From contig NC_022349.1 of assembly GCF_000354175.2 (NCBI RefSeq), forward strand, positions 2,940,001 to 2,972,000: a DNA stretch of 32,000 bases, read 5' to 3'. The translations under genes and the position numbers were made by a program. Shown piece after piece: positions 31,955 through 32,000 of the stretch (its first letter is position 1; each line of letters begins with the position of its first letter). The notes under the pieces are model-generated. The model saw only the letters and a program-made list of their open reading frames with translations. It searched no databases and was not told where the DNA came from. This DNA is from Vibrio alginolyticus NBRC 15630 = ATCC 17749 (GTDB lineage Bacteria; Pseudomonadota; Gammaproteobacteria; Enterobacterales; Vibrionaceae).

Positions 31955-32000
31955 GTGCTAAACCGTTATCCATTATGGAAGTACTTGATGGTGCTTTTTG
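31955..32000 (+). CDS. secD: Protein translocase subunit SecD, first 15 codons only (runs off the window)
   Basis: A GTG start preceded by AAAGGA. The translation VLNRYPLWKYLMVLF matches the E. coli SecD N-terminus MLNRYPLWKYVM. Confidence 0.8.
   Translation, partial: MLNRYPLWKYLMVLF

Overview
This window looks like a core chromosomal segment of a Vibrio-type gammaproteobacterium. The evidence is about 45% GC, and rRNA, tRNA and protein sequences typical of Vibrionaceae. From memory, the gene order matches the V. cholerae chromosome-1 neighbourhood phoBR ... secD, but I cannot verify this here.

Contents from left to right:
- The distal end of an rrn operon: the 23S 3' part, 5S, tRNA-Asp and tRNA-Trp.
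- A DUF1904-like gene followed by mepA.
- An orphan 102-aa gene.
- The yegQ(trhP)-yfhL pair, then rdgC.
- A ~14 kb phosphate/polyphosphate supercluster: phoB-phoR-pstS, an IS200 insertion, ppx-ppk divergent from pstC-pstA-pstB-phoU, then ppk2.
- cutC, then a 2-Cys peroxiredoxin divergent from oxyR.
- aceB-aceA, a CBS-pair protein, and a secreted S1 serine protease with a GlyGly-CTERM sorting tail.
- queA, tgt, yajC and the start of secD.

I found no convincing new multi-gene system. There is no CRISPR array, integrase, defence-like operon or toxin-antitoxin pair. Nearly every large ORF is a recognisable housekeeping gene.

The items most worth a second look are:
- The uncharacterised large periplasmic domains fused to PstC (~375 aa, propeller-like repeats) and PstA (~270 aa, coiled-coil-like).
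- The GlyGly-CTERM protease, which has a chymotrypsin-like S1 pocket and no obvious propeptide.
- The IS200 inserted between a shared bidirectional terminator and ppx.
- The tight yegQ-yfhL coupling.
- The orphan gene with its AT-rich upstream region.
- The unusually long, motif-rich 600-bp region upstream of aceB.

All coordinates of small motifs were read by eye and should be re-derived computationally.
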